Below are positions 11,057-19,749 of a stretch of DNA of 64,000 nucleotides, piece by piece. Source of the DNA: an uncultured Acidobacteriota bacterium. Its GTDB lineage: Bacteria > Acidobacteriota > UBA6911 > RPQK01 > JAPXNP01. Positions within the stretch are counted from its first letter, which is position 1, and every line of letters starts with the position of its first letter. Location: NCBI GenBank assembly GCA_963777605.1, contig CAVZRV010000007.1, positions 1,087,914-1,151,913 on the forward strand, written 5' to 3'. Position numbers and translations under genes: made by a program. A model generated the notes under the pieces. The model ran no database searches. It saw nothing but the letters and a program-made list of their open reading frames with translations, and was not told the DNA's origin.

Positions 11057-12313
11057 CTAATCGAGCCGGATGCGGTCGTATTCATCCCACCGGGAGGCGT
11101 CCGACAGGATGACTTCATCTCCCGGCTGCAAGCCCTCGAGCACTTCGATTTCGCTCACGGAACTGCGCCCAAACCGGACATGGACACGGTGCGCGTGGAC
11201 ACCGTCCGCCTCAATCCGAAACACGCTCACCGTTGAATTTTCCTGACCGAACGCTGGTCGGGGCATGTAGACGATGTCCATGAGGTGCTCCAGCTCAACC
11301 GTTCCATCAACCGGCAAATCGGGACGGGCACCTTTAGGCAACTCATCGGTCAGTTTAATGTCCACATTGACCAGTCCCTCCTGCACCGCCGGGTCGATGC
11401 GCGAGACCATCCCTGGAACGACCCCGTTCCGGGTATCGACCTGGGCTGTCTGGCCGACTTGAATGTCGCGGGCCTGAGTGGCGGCTACCCGGATTTCCGC
11501 CTTGAGGCGATCAGGAACGGCGACCCGTGCCAGATTGGTTCCCGGGGTCACCTGCTGCCCAACTTCCACCAGGATCTGCTGCAAGACGCCGGCAATTCCC
11601 GCGCGGACCCTCAGCGAATCGAGTTGACGCGCTCGAAGCCGATACAGGCCCCGTCTTTGAGCAACCTCCACTTCTTTGGCCTGAAGCTGCGCCGCAGATG
11701 CCTTGGAAAAGATCTCCAGCCGCTCCTTCTCAAGTAGGCGGCGCGTCGCCAGTGACTCAGCCCGAGCCTGTGAAATCCTGGCTGTCACACGGGACACCAG
11801 GCCGTCTTTGGACAATTCCTGGTCCGCTTCCGCCCGCAGACTGGCCTGGGTGAACTCGGACTCGATATCGGCAGCCTGCGCTTTCTGATTGATCAGCTGA
11901 CTCTCAAGCTGAACTTGCAGGTTCTCTTGTTCTGCCTGCGCCCGCTTGTGTTCACTTTCGGCTTCAAACACCGTTTGCTCCAGCTCCGGATTACTGAGGT
12001 CCAGAATCACAGAGTCCGCCGTTACGGTTGCGCCCGGCTGGAGAAGGATACGCTCAATTCTCCCGTTACTCCCAGCCGGAATCCAGCGAATCGTTTCCGG
12101 CACCAGCCGGCCGGCCCCGCGCACTTCTCGGATTATGTCGCCTTGCTTGACCTCGCCAGTCCAAACCGAACTTCGCTCCACTGTCGGAGCAGCCGGAGTC
12201 AACGTCGACAACCACGCGCTGATCGCGAGTATTCCAATCGCAGCCAGCAAGACATAACCGACTTTCCGAATCCGGCGGGACCGAGCAACGGTAGCGGGGC
12301 GCTGAATGTCCAT
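11057..12313 (-). CDS. HlyD/RND-type periplasmic adaptor subunit
   Basis: N-terminal TM, REVRGAGRLVP, coiled coil, VRAGIAG, GL.PGD.VI.SD C-terminus; first gene of the ABC operon. Confidence 0.9.
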   Translation of the reverse strand: MDIQRPATVARSRRIRKVGYVLLAAIGILAISAWLSTLTPAAPTVERSSVWTGEVKQGDIIREVRGAGRLVPETIRWIPAGSNGRIERILLQPGATVTADSVILDLSNPELEQTVFEAESEHKRAQAEQENLQVQLESQLINQKAQAADIESEFTQASLRAEADQELSKDGLVSRVTARISQARAESLATRRLLEKERLEIFSKASAAQLQAKEVEVAQRRGLYRLRARQLDSLRVRAGIAGVLQQILVEVGQQVTPGTNLARVAVPDRLKAEIRVAATQARDIQVGQTAQVDTRNGVVPGMVSRIDPAVQEGLVNVDIKLTDELPKGARPDLPVDGTVELEHLMDIVYMPRPAFGQENSTVSVFRIEADGVHAHRVHVRFGRSSVSEIEVLEGLQPGDEVILSDASRWDEYDRIRLD

Positions 12314-12332
12314 AACTATTTCTCTTCATAAG

Positions 12333-12347
12333 GCAGCTTCCGTACCA
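12333..12347 (-). promoter_or_regulatory. Sigma54 -24/-12 promoter of the HlyD-ABC operon
   Basis: Minus strand TGGTAC-GGAAG-CTGC (GG-N10-GC), ~20 nt upstream of the ATG. Confidence 0.75.
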
Positions 12348-12375
12348 GACTCGAGACTCTCCAGAAGATCCATGA

Positions 12376-12461
12376 TTTCAACTAGTTGTCCGGCAAAACA
12401 GAAACTCTCTACGCGGACCTTTTGTTCGATTCTGGGAATCGGTGTCCGAAAACGGACACCG
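12376..12461. promoter_or_regulatory. IHF-like site and palindromic upstream activator site
   Basis: TTTCAACTAGTTG at 12376-12388 (close to WATCAA-N4-TTR); perfect inverted repeat cggtgtccg-aaaa-cggacaccg at 12440-12461. Confidence 0.6.
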
Positions 12462-12622
12462 GAAGTCGCCCGTCAAAATCATCGTCTTCGAACCACACCA
12501 GTCTTCCCCGTTGGCCAACTTCAGAGTAACCGACTCAACGGTCAGGCGGTCCCACTCGAAAGTCTCCGTGGACGAGTGGTTGTATTGTTAAATGATTAAT
12601 TATAAATTCAAGGAGTACTTCT

Positions 12623-13075
12623 ATGGATACACAGGATTTTGTCCCATACCTAAACATAAAAGGTGCAAGTAAAGCGGTGGAATTTTATTCCAAAGTTTTT
12701 GAAACTTCACCATGGGTTATTCTAAATATGCCAGATGGCCGAGTAATGCACTGCGAGTTCCGTATAGGTGGTGCTCGACTCTTTTTAAGTGAGGAACTTC
12801 CTGAGCACGGTGGCTCACCAAGTCCGGAAACACTAGGTGCATCGAGCGTCGTAATTCATCATTATGTTTCAGACTGTGATCGCATGGTAGAAAAGATGCG
12901 AGCCCAGGGTTCTGAAGTTCTTATGGAACCAGTCGATATGTTTTTTGGAGAGAGGTTCGCTCGCGTTCGTGACCCATTCGGTCATGAGTGGGGAATAGCA
13001 ACAAAGACGAAAGAGATGAGCCCAGATGAACTTAAGTCGGCCGCAGAAAACTTTTTTAAAGAGAATAGTGAATAG
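12623..13075 (+). CDS. VOC/glyoxalase (PhnB-like) protein, low GC
   Basis: VPYL....A..AVEFY..VF, GRVMHCEF.IG, P.DMFFGER...VRDPFGHEW; AAGGAG RBS; visibly AT-rich. Confidence 0.9.
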   Translation: MDTQDFVPYLNIKGASKAVEFYSKVFETSPWVILNMPDGRVMHCEFRIGGARLFLSEELPEHGGSPSPETLGASSVVIHHYVSDCDRMVEKMRAQGSEVLMEPVDMFFGERFARVRDPFGHEWGIATKTKEMSPDELKSAAENFFKENSE

Positions 13076-13085
13076 CAACACCATC

Positions 13086-13120
13086 ATCTAAAGAATCACT
13101 GCACTGGATTTTTACTCCGC
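13086..13120 (+). mobile_element. Degenerate left half of an integron attC-like site
   Basis: ATCTAAA-GAATCACTGCACTGGATTTTTACTCCGC just after the VOC stop; GTTAAAT (GTTRRRY) at 12587-12593 upstream of the gene. Confidence 0.45.
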
Positions 13121-13194
13121 ATTTTGCAGCTCGGCTGATTTTTTTGACCTCACGATATTTTAGCGCGCTGCCAATTCCGCTACGAAAGAAGCCG

Positions 13195-14508
13195 CTAGGA
13201 ATCGAGCGTTTCGCGCACTTTTTTCAGGCGGCTCTCAAACCGCGCCCGGTCGTGCGGGGACTCGATGGTGCGTTCGGCCAATTCGGCGATCCATTGGAGC
13301 TCTTCGCGAAGCATGCGTCGCCGACTGGGACTTTCCGTAAGACTGCCGATGGTTTGCAGCGCGCCAAGCATCCGCAGGATCACGCCGACATTGCCGACGG
13401 CGCTGACTCGAATTTGATCGAAGGATTCGGCCACCAGGCCGGCAAAGGTCGGCCCGACGGTGATCACCCTCAGAACCCCTTCTTCATATCGATGCGATGA
13501 AGGAATGCTCCGAGAGGCCACCCGCGACAGAATCGCTGTCAGATAATCCACGCACATCACAGCCGTAGTGGTGTCATTGATGCCTGGGGAGAGTGCTCGC
13601 AGAGCCATGTCCACGAGCTGCCGGATGCCGAAAGCGGAATCCTGTTCCACCGTTCGATGGCGGGCGATGCCGCAGGCCGCCTGCAGGTCGGCGATGATCT
13701 CTTTTGCCGATGGCTCTTCAAGGGCGAGCGATGCGAGTGGGGTGCCGTGAACTAGAAATTCGCCGATGCCGCGTTCCATCCGTACGATGGTCTTGTGCTC
13801 CCGCGCCAACCGCAGGAGCGTCGCGTTATCCACGCTTTGAAGGTAACCATTCCCCTGAACCGGGACGACCTGCCATTTCCGTTCCAGCAGAGCGGGCGGG
13901 GTCTGATCTTCAGCGTCGTCTGACAACTCTTCTCCAAGCTTCTCCGGGAAGAGCCGGTCCACAGCCACCATGGTTTCCGCGGCTACCGAGGCAATAATGC
14001 TCGATGCCTGGATCGACGAGGCGATGTGATGAATGAAAAAAATGAGGGTGGCGATGCCGCCGATCGCCAGCACCACGGCGAAAGATACCGCCAGGCTTGG
14101 AACAAATGCGCCTTCGTCTCCGCTGCGGATGGTGCGCAAGACGATCAGGCAATAAGTGAAAATGCCCGTGAAGATTCCGAGCACGACCTGCACGACGCGG
14201 TCCCCCATAAAGTTCCGCATGATGCGCGAAGTGTATTGGCTGGAGGCCAGAGCCAGCGTCACCAGGGTCATTGAAAATGTGACCCCCACCACGGTCATCA
14301 TCGAACCCGAAATCGTCGAAAGCATGCCGCGCGCGCCCTCCGCGCCGGCCCCAAACATCCGTGGCCAGCGAGCCAGCCAGAGTTCACTCCCACTGGAATC
14401 CACTTCGATCAACGCCACCGCGAGAAGGATGCTGAGCGCGACAATCAGTGAAGGCACAAACCAAAAGCTCGTCCGCAAATTTCCCCAGAGCCGTTTGAGC
14501 TTATTCAT
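13195..14508 (-). CDS. DUF2254 family membrane protein
   Basis: SFWFVP, FSMTLVTL.LASSQYT.R, QD..FGIRQLVD.A.RALSPGINDTTTA motifs. Confidence 0.88.
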   Translation of the reverse strand: MNKLKRLWGNLRTSFWFVPSLIVALSILLAVALIEVDSSGSELWLARWPRMFGAGAEGARGMLSTISGSMMTVVGVTFSMTLVTLALASSQYTSRIMRNFMGDRVVQVVLGIFTGIFTYCLIVLRTIRSGDEGAFVPSLAVSFAVVLAIGGIATLIFFIHHIASSIQASSIIASVAAETMVAVDRLFPEKLGEELSDDAEDQTPPALLERKWQVVPVQGNGYLQSVDNATLLRLAREHKTIVRMERGIGEFLVHGTPLASLALEEPSAKEIIADLQAACGIARHRTVEQDSAFGIRQLVDMALRALSPGINDTTTAVMCVDYLTAILSRVASRSIPSSHRYEEGVLRVITVGPTFAGLVAESFDQIRVSAVGNVGVILRMLGALQTIGSLTESPSRRRMLREELQWIAELAERTIESPHDRARFESRLKKVRETLDS

Positions 14509-14538
14509 GAGTCAACCTTTCATCATCAGCGTTCGGCC

Positions 14539-15402
14539 TCAAAGCTCCTTGCGGATGGCCTGCAATTCCTTGCGGCGCGCCTTATCGACTGTCGGATAAC
14601 TCATCCCGAGTTCCTTCATGGTGTCGAGGATAATCTGCGAAACGATCAGCCGGGCGTTCTTCTTGTCGTCGGCGGGAACGACATACCAGGGCGCGTGAGC
14701 GGTGCTGGTCGCGTTCAGACACGCCTCATACGCATTCATGTAATCATCCCAGCGCTTCCTTTCACGCACGTCCGCGACGCTGAACTTCCAGTTCTTGTCC
14801 GGCTCATCGATGCGCGCCTGAAACCGCTTTCGTTGTTCGTCCTTCGACAGGTGGAGAAAGAATTTGATGATCCGGGTGCCGTTGCGGTGGAGATGCGCTT
14901 CGAAGTCCACGATCGAACGATATCGCTCCTCCCAAATGGCCTGCTTGGCGATTAACCCTTCCGGCAACCCCTGGCTGCGAAGTATTTCCGGATGGACGCG
15001 AACAACGAGCACCTCCTCGTAATAGGAACGATTGAAAATGCCGATCCGACCGCGTTCCGGCAGCCGGCAGGTCGTGCGCCACAGAAAATCGTGCTCCAGT
15101 TCTTCGGCACTCGGCTGTTTGAAACTGAACACCTGGCAGCCCTGCGGATTGACTCCGGACATAACGTGCCGAATCGCCCCGTCCTTGCCGGCTGCGTCCA
15201 TCGCCTGGAAGATCAGCAGGATCGCATGACGATTGGACGCGTAGTGCAGGCGTTGCAACTCGCTTAGTTCCTCAACGCCTTCATCGAGACGTTTATGATA
15301 GTGCTTCTTCGACTTGAAGAAAGGCTTCACCTTCGTCGCGCGCTTGCTGAGTTCGAACTCTCTTTCAGGAGGCACCTGGAAGTCTGCAGGATTGATTTTC
15401 AT
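14539..15402 (-). CDS. ppk2: Polyphosphate kinase 2 family protein
   Basis: [11 protein letters not shown] Walker [33 protein letters not shown]. Confidence 0.92.
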   Translation of the reverse strand: MKINPADFQVPPEREFELSKRATKVKPFFKSKKHYHKRLDEGVEELSELQRLHYASNRHAILLIFQAMDAAGKDGAIRHVMSGVNPQGCQVFSFKQPSAEELEHDFLWRTTCRLPERGRIGIFNRSYYEEVLVVRVHPEILRSQGLPEGLIAKQAIWEERYRSIVDFEAHLHRNGTRIIKFFLHLSKDEQRKRFQARIDEPDKNWKFSVADVRERKRWDDYMNAYEACLNATSTAHAPWYVVPADDKKNARLIVSQIILDTMKELGMSYPTVDKARRKELQAIRKEL

Positions 15403-15537
15403 ATTGTTCCTTTCGGGCATGAAAGCCGTGGTAAACGTCCCAGACTATTTTCTTGCAGCTACCTTCGGTACGACAACGGAAATTTGTACCACACTCCTGC
15501 GGGAACCATTGGGTAGTCCTTGAGACTCTTCCGAAGC

Positions 15538-15925
15538 CTAACGGAGGTTTCTTGCGAGCATGATGTCGATCTCCTCCCGGTCCCGCACGACATAGCGGAA
15601 CGACTGTCCGTCGGCTGAGACCGACTGGGATGGTCCACTCATGTTAACGCGTGTCTTTTCCGGTAATTTGACAACCGTGGACAGCCTGTTGCTGCCGAAC
15701 GTGAGACAGTCAATACTCGGGCTGTGTCCGGGTGCGTCATCGATAACGCAAAGGCCATTGTCGTGAATTGACCAGAGATTTGGCATGCCTCGCGGAACTA
15801 CGAGCGACTCGCTGCCGCCGGCGACGGGTTTCCGCCAGATCCCCCGCTGATTCATCTTGGTGTAGTAGACGAAGAGTCCGTCCGACGATTCAGCTGCATC
15901 TGCACCCCCTCCGAAAAGACCTCCC
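15538..15925 (-). pseudogene. C-terminal fragment of a TolB/PD40-type beta-propeller protein
   Basis: SSDG.FVYYTK...GIWRKPVAGG.E, SVSADGQ..., DIML..N ending; no credible start. Confidence 0.55.
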
Positions 15926-16041
15926 GGATCCTTCTGTATTGCTGAGGTGTGAGTGCCCGCATATCCCGACGTTGAATGTTGTACCGCGGGAACCCGGGCC
16001 CCGAAACCTTTCCAGTCCCGGGTCCCGGGCATCAGGTACGC

Positions 16042-18129
16042 TTACTTCTTCTCGCCCTTGACGTATTTCCCGTACCACGCCAGGTACCGTTCCAGTCGGT
16101 CTTTCTGGTAGCTGGGGGTGCGGATTCCGTGGTGTTCTCCGGGGTAGACGACCAGTTCGGTTTTGCGACCGAGTTGGCGCAGTGACTGGTACATGTGCTC
16201 TGAACCGATGATGGGTACGTTCCAGTCGAGCGCGCCACCCATGTAGAGGGTGGGAGTGGTGATTTTCTCCACGTTATAGAAGGGGAAGGAGATCTTCTCC
16301 CAGATCGCGCGGTTGCGCCACGGAACGCCGAGTTCCGCGACGTATTCCCTCTGGTAGTGGTCATGCCCCCAGTGCGCCGTCCAGAGCGCTCCACCCGCGC
16401 CGGAGATGGCAGCCTTGAACCGGGTGGTGGTGGCGATGACGTAATTGGTCATCATTCCTCCGTACGACCAGCCTCCGACACCGAGGCGGTCCGCGTCAAC
16501 GTACCCCTGGGAGACGGCATAGTCCACGCCGGCCAGTACGTCCTGGACATCCTTGTTGCCCCAGTCGGCGAAGATGGCGCGCGAAAAATCCTGTCCGTAG
16601 CCCGAGGAACCACGGGGATTCACCATGATGACGATGTAACCATTGGCGGCGAAGAGCTGGGCCTCGAAGTTGAAGCTTTTGCTGAACTGGGCTACCGGTC
16701 CGCCGTGAATTCTCAGCAGGGCCGGATACTTCAATTCCGCTGTGAAGGCGGGCGGCTTGACGATGAATCCCTCGATCGGCGTGCCGTCCTTGCTCTGGAA
16801 GTGGACTTCTTCCATGTCGGCGAGCCGGACCTGCTCGAGGAACTTTTCATTGACGGTGGTCAACTGGTGAAGGGGTTCGTCACCCTGCAAAAAGATTTCG
16901 CCCGGAAGCTGAGGATCACTGATCAGGGCGGCAATCGCGCCATCCTTTCCGACGGTGAAGTCCTGCACCGTGCGAGGGCCGTCGATGGCGTGCGTTACCT
17001 CGCCCCCACCAGCGGGGGCCTTGGCGAGAAACTGCTCCCCGCTGTCCTCGAGCAGAAAATAGATCGACGATCCGTCGGGGGAGAATTCGGGTCCCCTGAC
17101 ATTGCGGTCGAGAGGCTCGGTGATCAGCAGCGGTGTGCCCGGGGTTCCCCCTGGCACCGGTGCCGTGGTGACGGCCAGATGGTTGGTCGAGTACCAGAGC
17201 AGTTCCGGGTGAATGCTGGTGACGAAGGCGATGTGTTTCCCGTCGGGACTCCAGGCCGGCTGGTTGTCCGAGCCGGGATTGGTGGTGACCTGGGCGAGAG
17301 TCTCTCCCTTGTCCGGGTTGTCGGCGGCAACCACCCAGATATTGGAATCGTAGTTGGCGTCGGGCTCCTCGGTTCGGTTGCTGACGAAGGCAAGGAAGCG
17401 ACTGTCCGGGCTCCAGACCGGTTGCTGGTCGTCGAAATCGCCCGAAGTGACCTGGGTCAGCTTCCGGGAGGCGACGTCGAAGACGTAAAGATGCGTCCGG
17501 CGGTGATCGAGGTAACCCTGGTAGTCGCGCTTGAACTGGAGTCGGTCAACGACTGCGGGAGGCGGAGTTTTCGACCGGATCGGACGGACTCCCTGCTCCC
17601 GCTGCTCGTTGGAGGTCACTTCCTCGGGGCTCGGGTCCCGAATCAGCAGCACCAGCCGGGAGCTGTCGGGGGACCAGTCGAATGACTGCACTCCCTGCAT
17701 GACCTCGGTCAATTGCTGAGCTTCACCGCCTCGCCGATCGAGCAGCCATACCTGTGACTTGGCCCGGTCGCCACCGCCGTTCCCTTTAGAGCGGGCGGAC
17801 AGGAAGGCCAGGTACTTCCCGTCCGGCGAGAACCGTGGCCGGGACGCCGAAGTCCCCTCGACGGTCATGGGCAGGGCATCGCCACCGGCGATCGGAATCA
17901 TCCAAAGGCGGCTCTCCGACTTCTCCTCCTTCAGATCGGTGGTGCCGACGGTGTAAGCAACCCAATTCCCATCCGGGCTGATCTGCGGGTCTCCGACACG
18001 CTTGATTTGAAAGAGGTCGTCAATGGTTATGTTTCGCTCTTGTGATGCGGTTGACTGGCCCTGGCCGGCCACCATTGCCGGCAACAGGAGCACAACCAGG
18101 ACAGAGAAAATGGCTAGGTGGCGCTTCAT
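16042..18129 (-). CDS. Secreted S9 family peptidase (acylaminoacyl/dipeptidyl-type)
   Basis: Signal peptide, WSPDG propeller repeats, IHGGP, NPRGSSGYG, GWSYGG nucleophile, YPGEHHG. Confidence 0.93.
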   Translation of the reverse strand: MKRHLAIFSVLVVLLLPAMVAGQGQSTASQERNITIDDLFQIKRVGDPQISPDGNWVAYTVGTTDLKEEKSESRLWMIPIAGGDALPMTVEGTSASRPRFSPDGKYLAFLSARSKGNGGGDRAKSQVWLLDRRGGEAQQLTEVMQGVQSFDWSPDSSRLVLLIRDPSPEEVTSNEQREQGVRPIRSKTPPPAVVDRLQFKRDYQGYLDHRRTHLYVFDVASRKLTQVTSGDFDDQQPVWSPDSRFLAFVSNRTEEPDANYDSNIWVVAADNPDKGETLAQVTTNPGSDNQPAWSPDGKHIAFVTSIHPELLWYSTNHLAVTTAPVPGGTPGTPLLITEPLDRNVRGPEFSPDGSSIYFLLEDSGEQFLAKAPAGGGEVTHAIDGPRTVQDFTVGKDGAIAALISDPQLPGEIFLQGDEPLHQLTTVNEKFLEQVRLADMEEVHFQSKDGTPIEGFIVKPPAFTAELKYPALLRIHGGPVAQFSKSFNFEAQLFAANGYIVIMVNPRGSSGYGQDFSRAIFADWGNKDVQDVLAGVDYAVSQGYVDADRLGVGGWSYGGMMTNYVIATTTRFKAAISGAGGALWTAHWGHDHYQREYVAELGVPWRNRAIWEKISFPFYNVEKITTPTLYMGGALDWNVPIIGSEHMYQSLRQLGRKTELVVYPGEHHGIRTPSYQKDRLERYLAWYGKYVKGEKK

Positions 18130-18199
18130 CTGGAATTTCCCCTTTGAGTCTGTCGTTTCCTTTTTGACCAATGCCGGCCGGAGAATACCACGCTCTCGG

Positions 18200-18499
18200 C
18201 TAGAACTCGATCACCATCAGCATCAAACCGAAATAGCTCACAAAGAGAAACAGGCTGCCCCAGACGAACGTTGCCCATTCCGATTCAAGGCGTGCTGATC
18301 CCGCTCCCCGTGAACGTTCCACCCGCCGCAGGACACTGCGATACCAAATAACGTCCGCGGCTACCAGGATTGCCCCGTAGGCGGCGAAGATGAGCATGAT
18401 CCCAAGGTGCCCGGACAGGTGGAGTTCGTGACGAAAAGCCGACAGGGTCAGGATCCCAAATGCGAAACCGAGTAGAAAGGAAGGCATTCCTCTGGGCAT
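18200..18499 (-). CDS. Small hypothetical membrane protein (about three TM segments)
   Basis: 99 aa ORF with three hydrophobic stretches filling the gap upstream of the peptidase. Confidence 0.5.
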   Translation of the reverse strand: MPRGMPSFLLGFAFGILTLSAFRHELHLSGHLGIMLIFAAYGAILVAADVIWYRSVLRRVERSRGAGSARLESEWATFVWGSLFLFVSYFGLMLMVIEF

Positions 18500-18681
18500 C
18501 AGGCAAATCTAGCCGAATTACTACCCGCTGGCAAAAGAGACCGGCATGCAAGGAGTTCACCTTGGATCGGGAGAGTGGTTGGGTAGGTGCGTACCCACTT
18601 CGGTTCCGTGGCTACCCATTACCGCCAGCCGTGTTTTCGCAAATGTGAAGAGATTCCTCGACTTATGGCCCGCCTCTAATC

Positions 18682-18696
18682 TGGCATCGGATTTGC
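18682..18696 (+). promoter_or_regulatory. Sigma54 promoter of the degenerate activator/SBBP genes
   Basis: TGGCAT-CGGAT-TTGC, 20 nt before ATG 18717. Confidence 0.8.
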
Positions 18697-18716
18697 TTCA
18701 TAATTGTCCGCGAAAG

Positions 18717-19676
18717 ATGGGGGAACGGCCATTGCTAGAGTTGGACAAACTGGAAATTGAGCTGCAAAAAGAGTTGGATTGCCCGAGCGACGCGATGAAA
18801 CGCGTCTACGCGCAGGTCGGGCGCATTGCCCGGACCGATCTCGATGTCCAGATCGTGGGAGAGCCAGGTGTCGGGAAGGCAACGATTGCCCGCCGCCTTC
18901 ACCGGGAATCTGATTACGCCTCGAGTCCGTTCGTCACAATTCAGGCCCCTCGTCTGGCTGCGGGCTGGATGGACTCCGCCTTCCTCGGTACCAAGGCGTA
19001 CGCCCCGGAGTGGGCTGCCCTGAAGGCCGGGGGGGCCGCGACTCTGTTCATCCCCGAATTGACCGAGCTCGAACCGAATGCCCAGGCCGCTCTGCAGCAC
19101 ATTCTCACCGACCGGGATTCACATTCCTCCCCGACCCGCCTGCGAGTTATCGCGGCCACTTCATCCGACCCGGACGAGGAAATCAGGGAAGGACATCTCC
19201 GGGAGGACCTGCTGCTTCGGCTCGGTGCCATCACTATCCGTGTGCCGGCGCTCCGGGACCGTCGGGAGGACCTGCTCCCACTACTGGAGCATTTTATCCA
19301 TCTGGCTTCTCGCGGGAACGGGAACGGCAGCGGGATCGACTTCCCCCGGTCCAGTTTTGCTCCGTTGCTGGGTTATCACTGGCCTGGAAATGTGAAGGAG
19401 TTGCGCGAGCTCTCCGAAGAACTCGTGCAAAGCGGGGCCGATCCCGCCTGTCTGGTTCCGGAGGAGAGACAGTCCGAGCAGGGCCCGCCTGAATCGGAGC
19501 ACAGCCCGGCAATGTCCCTGGCCGATGCTGCCCGGATCGCCAGCGAAGCGGTGGAGAGACAGCTCATCGTGCGGGCCCTGGAAGAGAACGGATGGAATCG
19601 AAAGCGGGCTTCTGAGAAATTGCACATCAGCTATCGAGTTCTCCTTGATAAAATCCGGCGGTTGGGGATTCGGTAG
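18717..19676 (+). CDS. Degenerate sigma54-activator-like AAA+/Fis-HTH protein (no sensor domain, no GAFTGA, broken Walker B)
   Basis: GEPGVGKA, RVIAAT, REDLLLRL, WPGNVKEL and HTH are present; GAFTGA region reads SAFLGTKAYAPE; Walker B reads LFIPE. Confidence 0.85.
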   Translation: MGERPLLELDKLEIELQKELDCPSDAMKRVYAQVGRIARTDLDVQIVGEPGVGKATIARRLHRESDYASSPFVTIQAPRLAAGWMDSAFLGTKAYAPEWAALKAGGAATLFIPELTELEPNAQAALQHILTDRDSHSSPTRLRVIAATSSDPDEEIREGHLREDLLLRLGAITIRVPALRDRREDLLPLLEHFIHLASRGNGNGSGIDFPRSSFAPLLGYHWPGNVKELRELSEELVQSGADPACLVPEERQSEQGPPESEHSPAMSLADAARIASEAVERQLIVRALEENGWNRKRASEKLHISYRVLLDKIRRLGIR

Positions 19677-19749
19677 GGGCGAGACAGTTCGAATTCCGGA
19701 CGTTGGTCTTCATTCATCGAAGTTGTGTGTTCTCCCAAGCGGGGCTGCC

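Noticed and set aside
19525-19749. Extended N-termini given by the ORF track (19525, 18546, 26555, 37071, 60100)
   Set aside because: They overlap neighbouring genes, promoters or repeats; downstream starts fit signal peptides, RBSs or domain boundaries better
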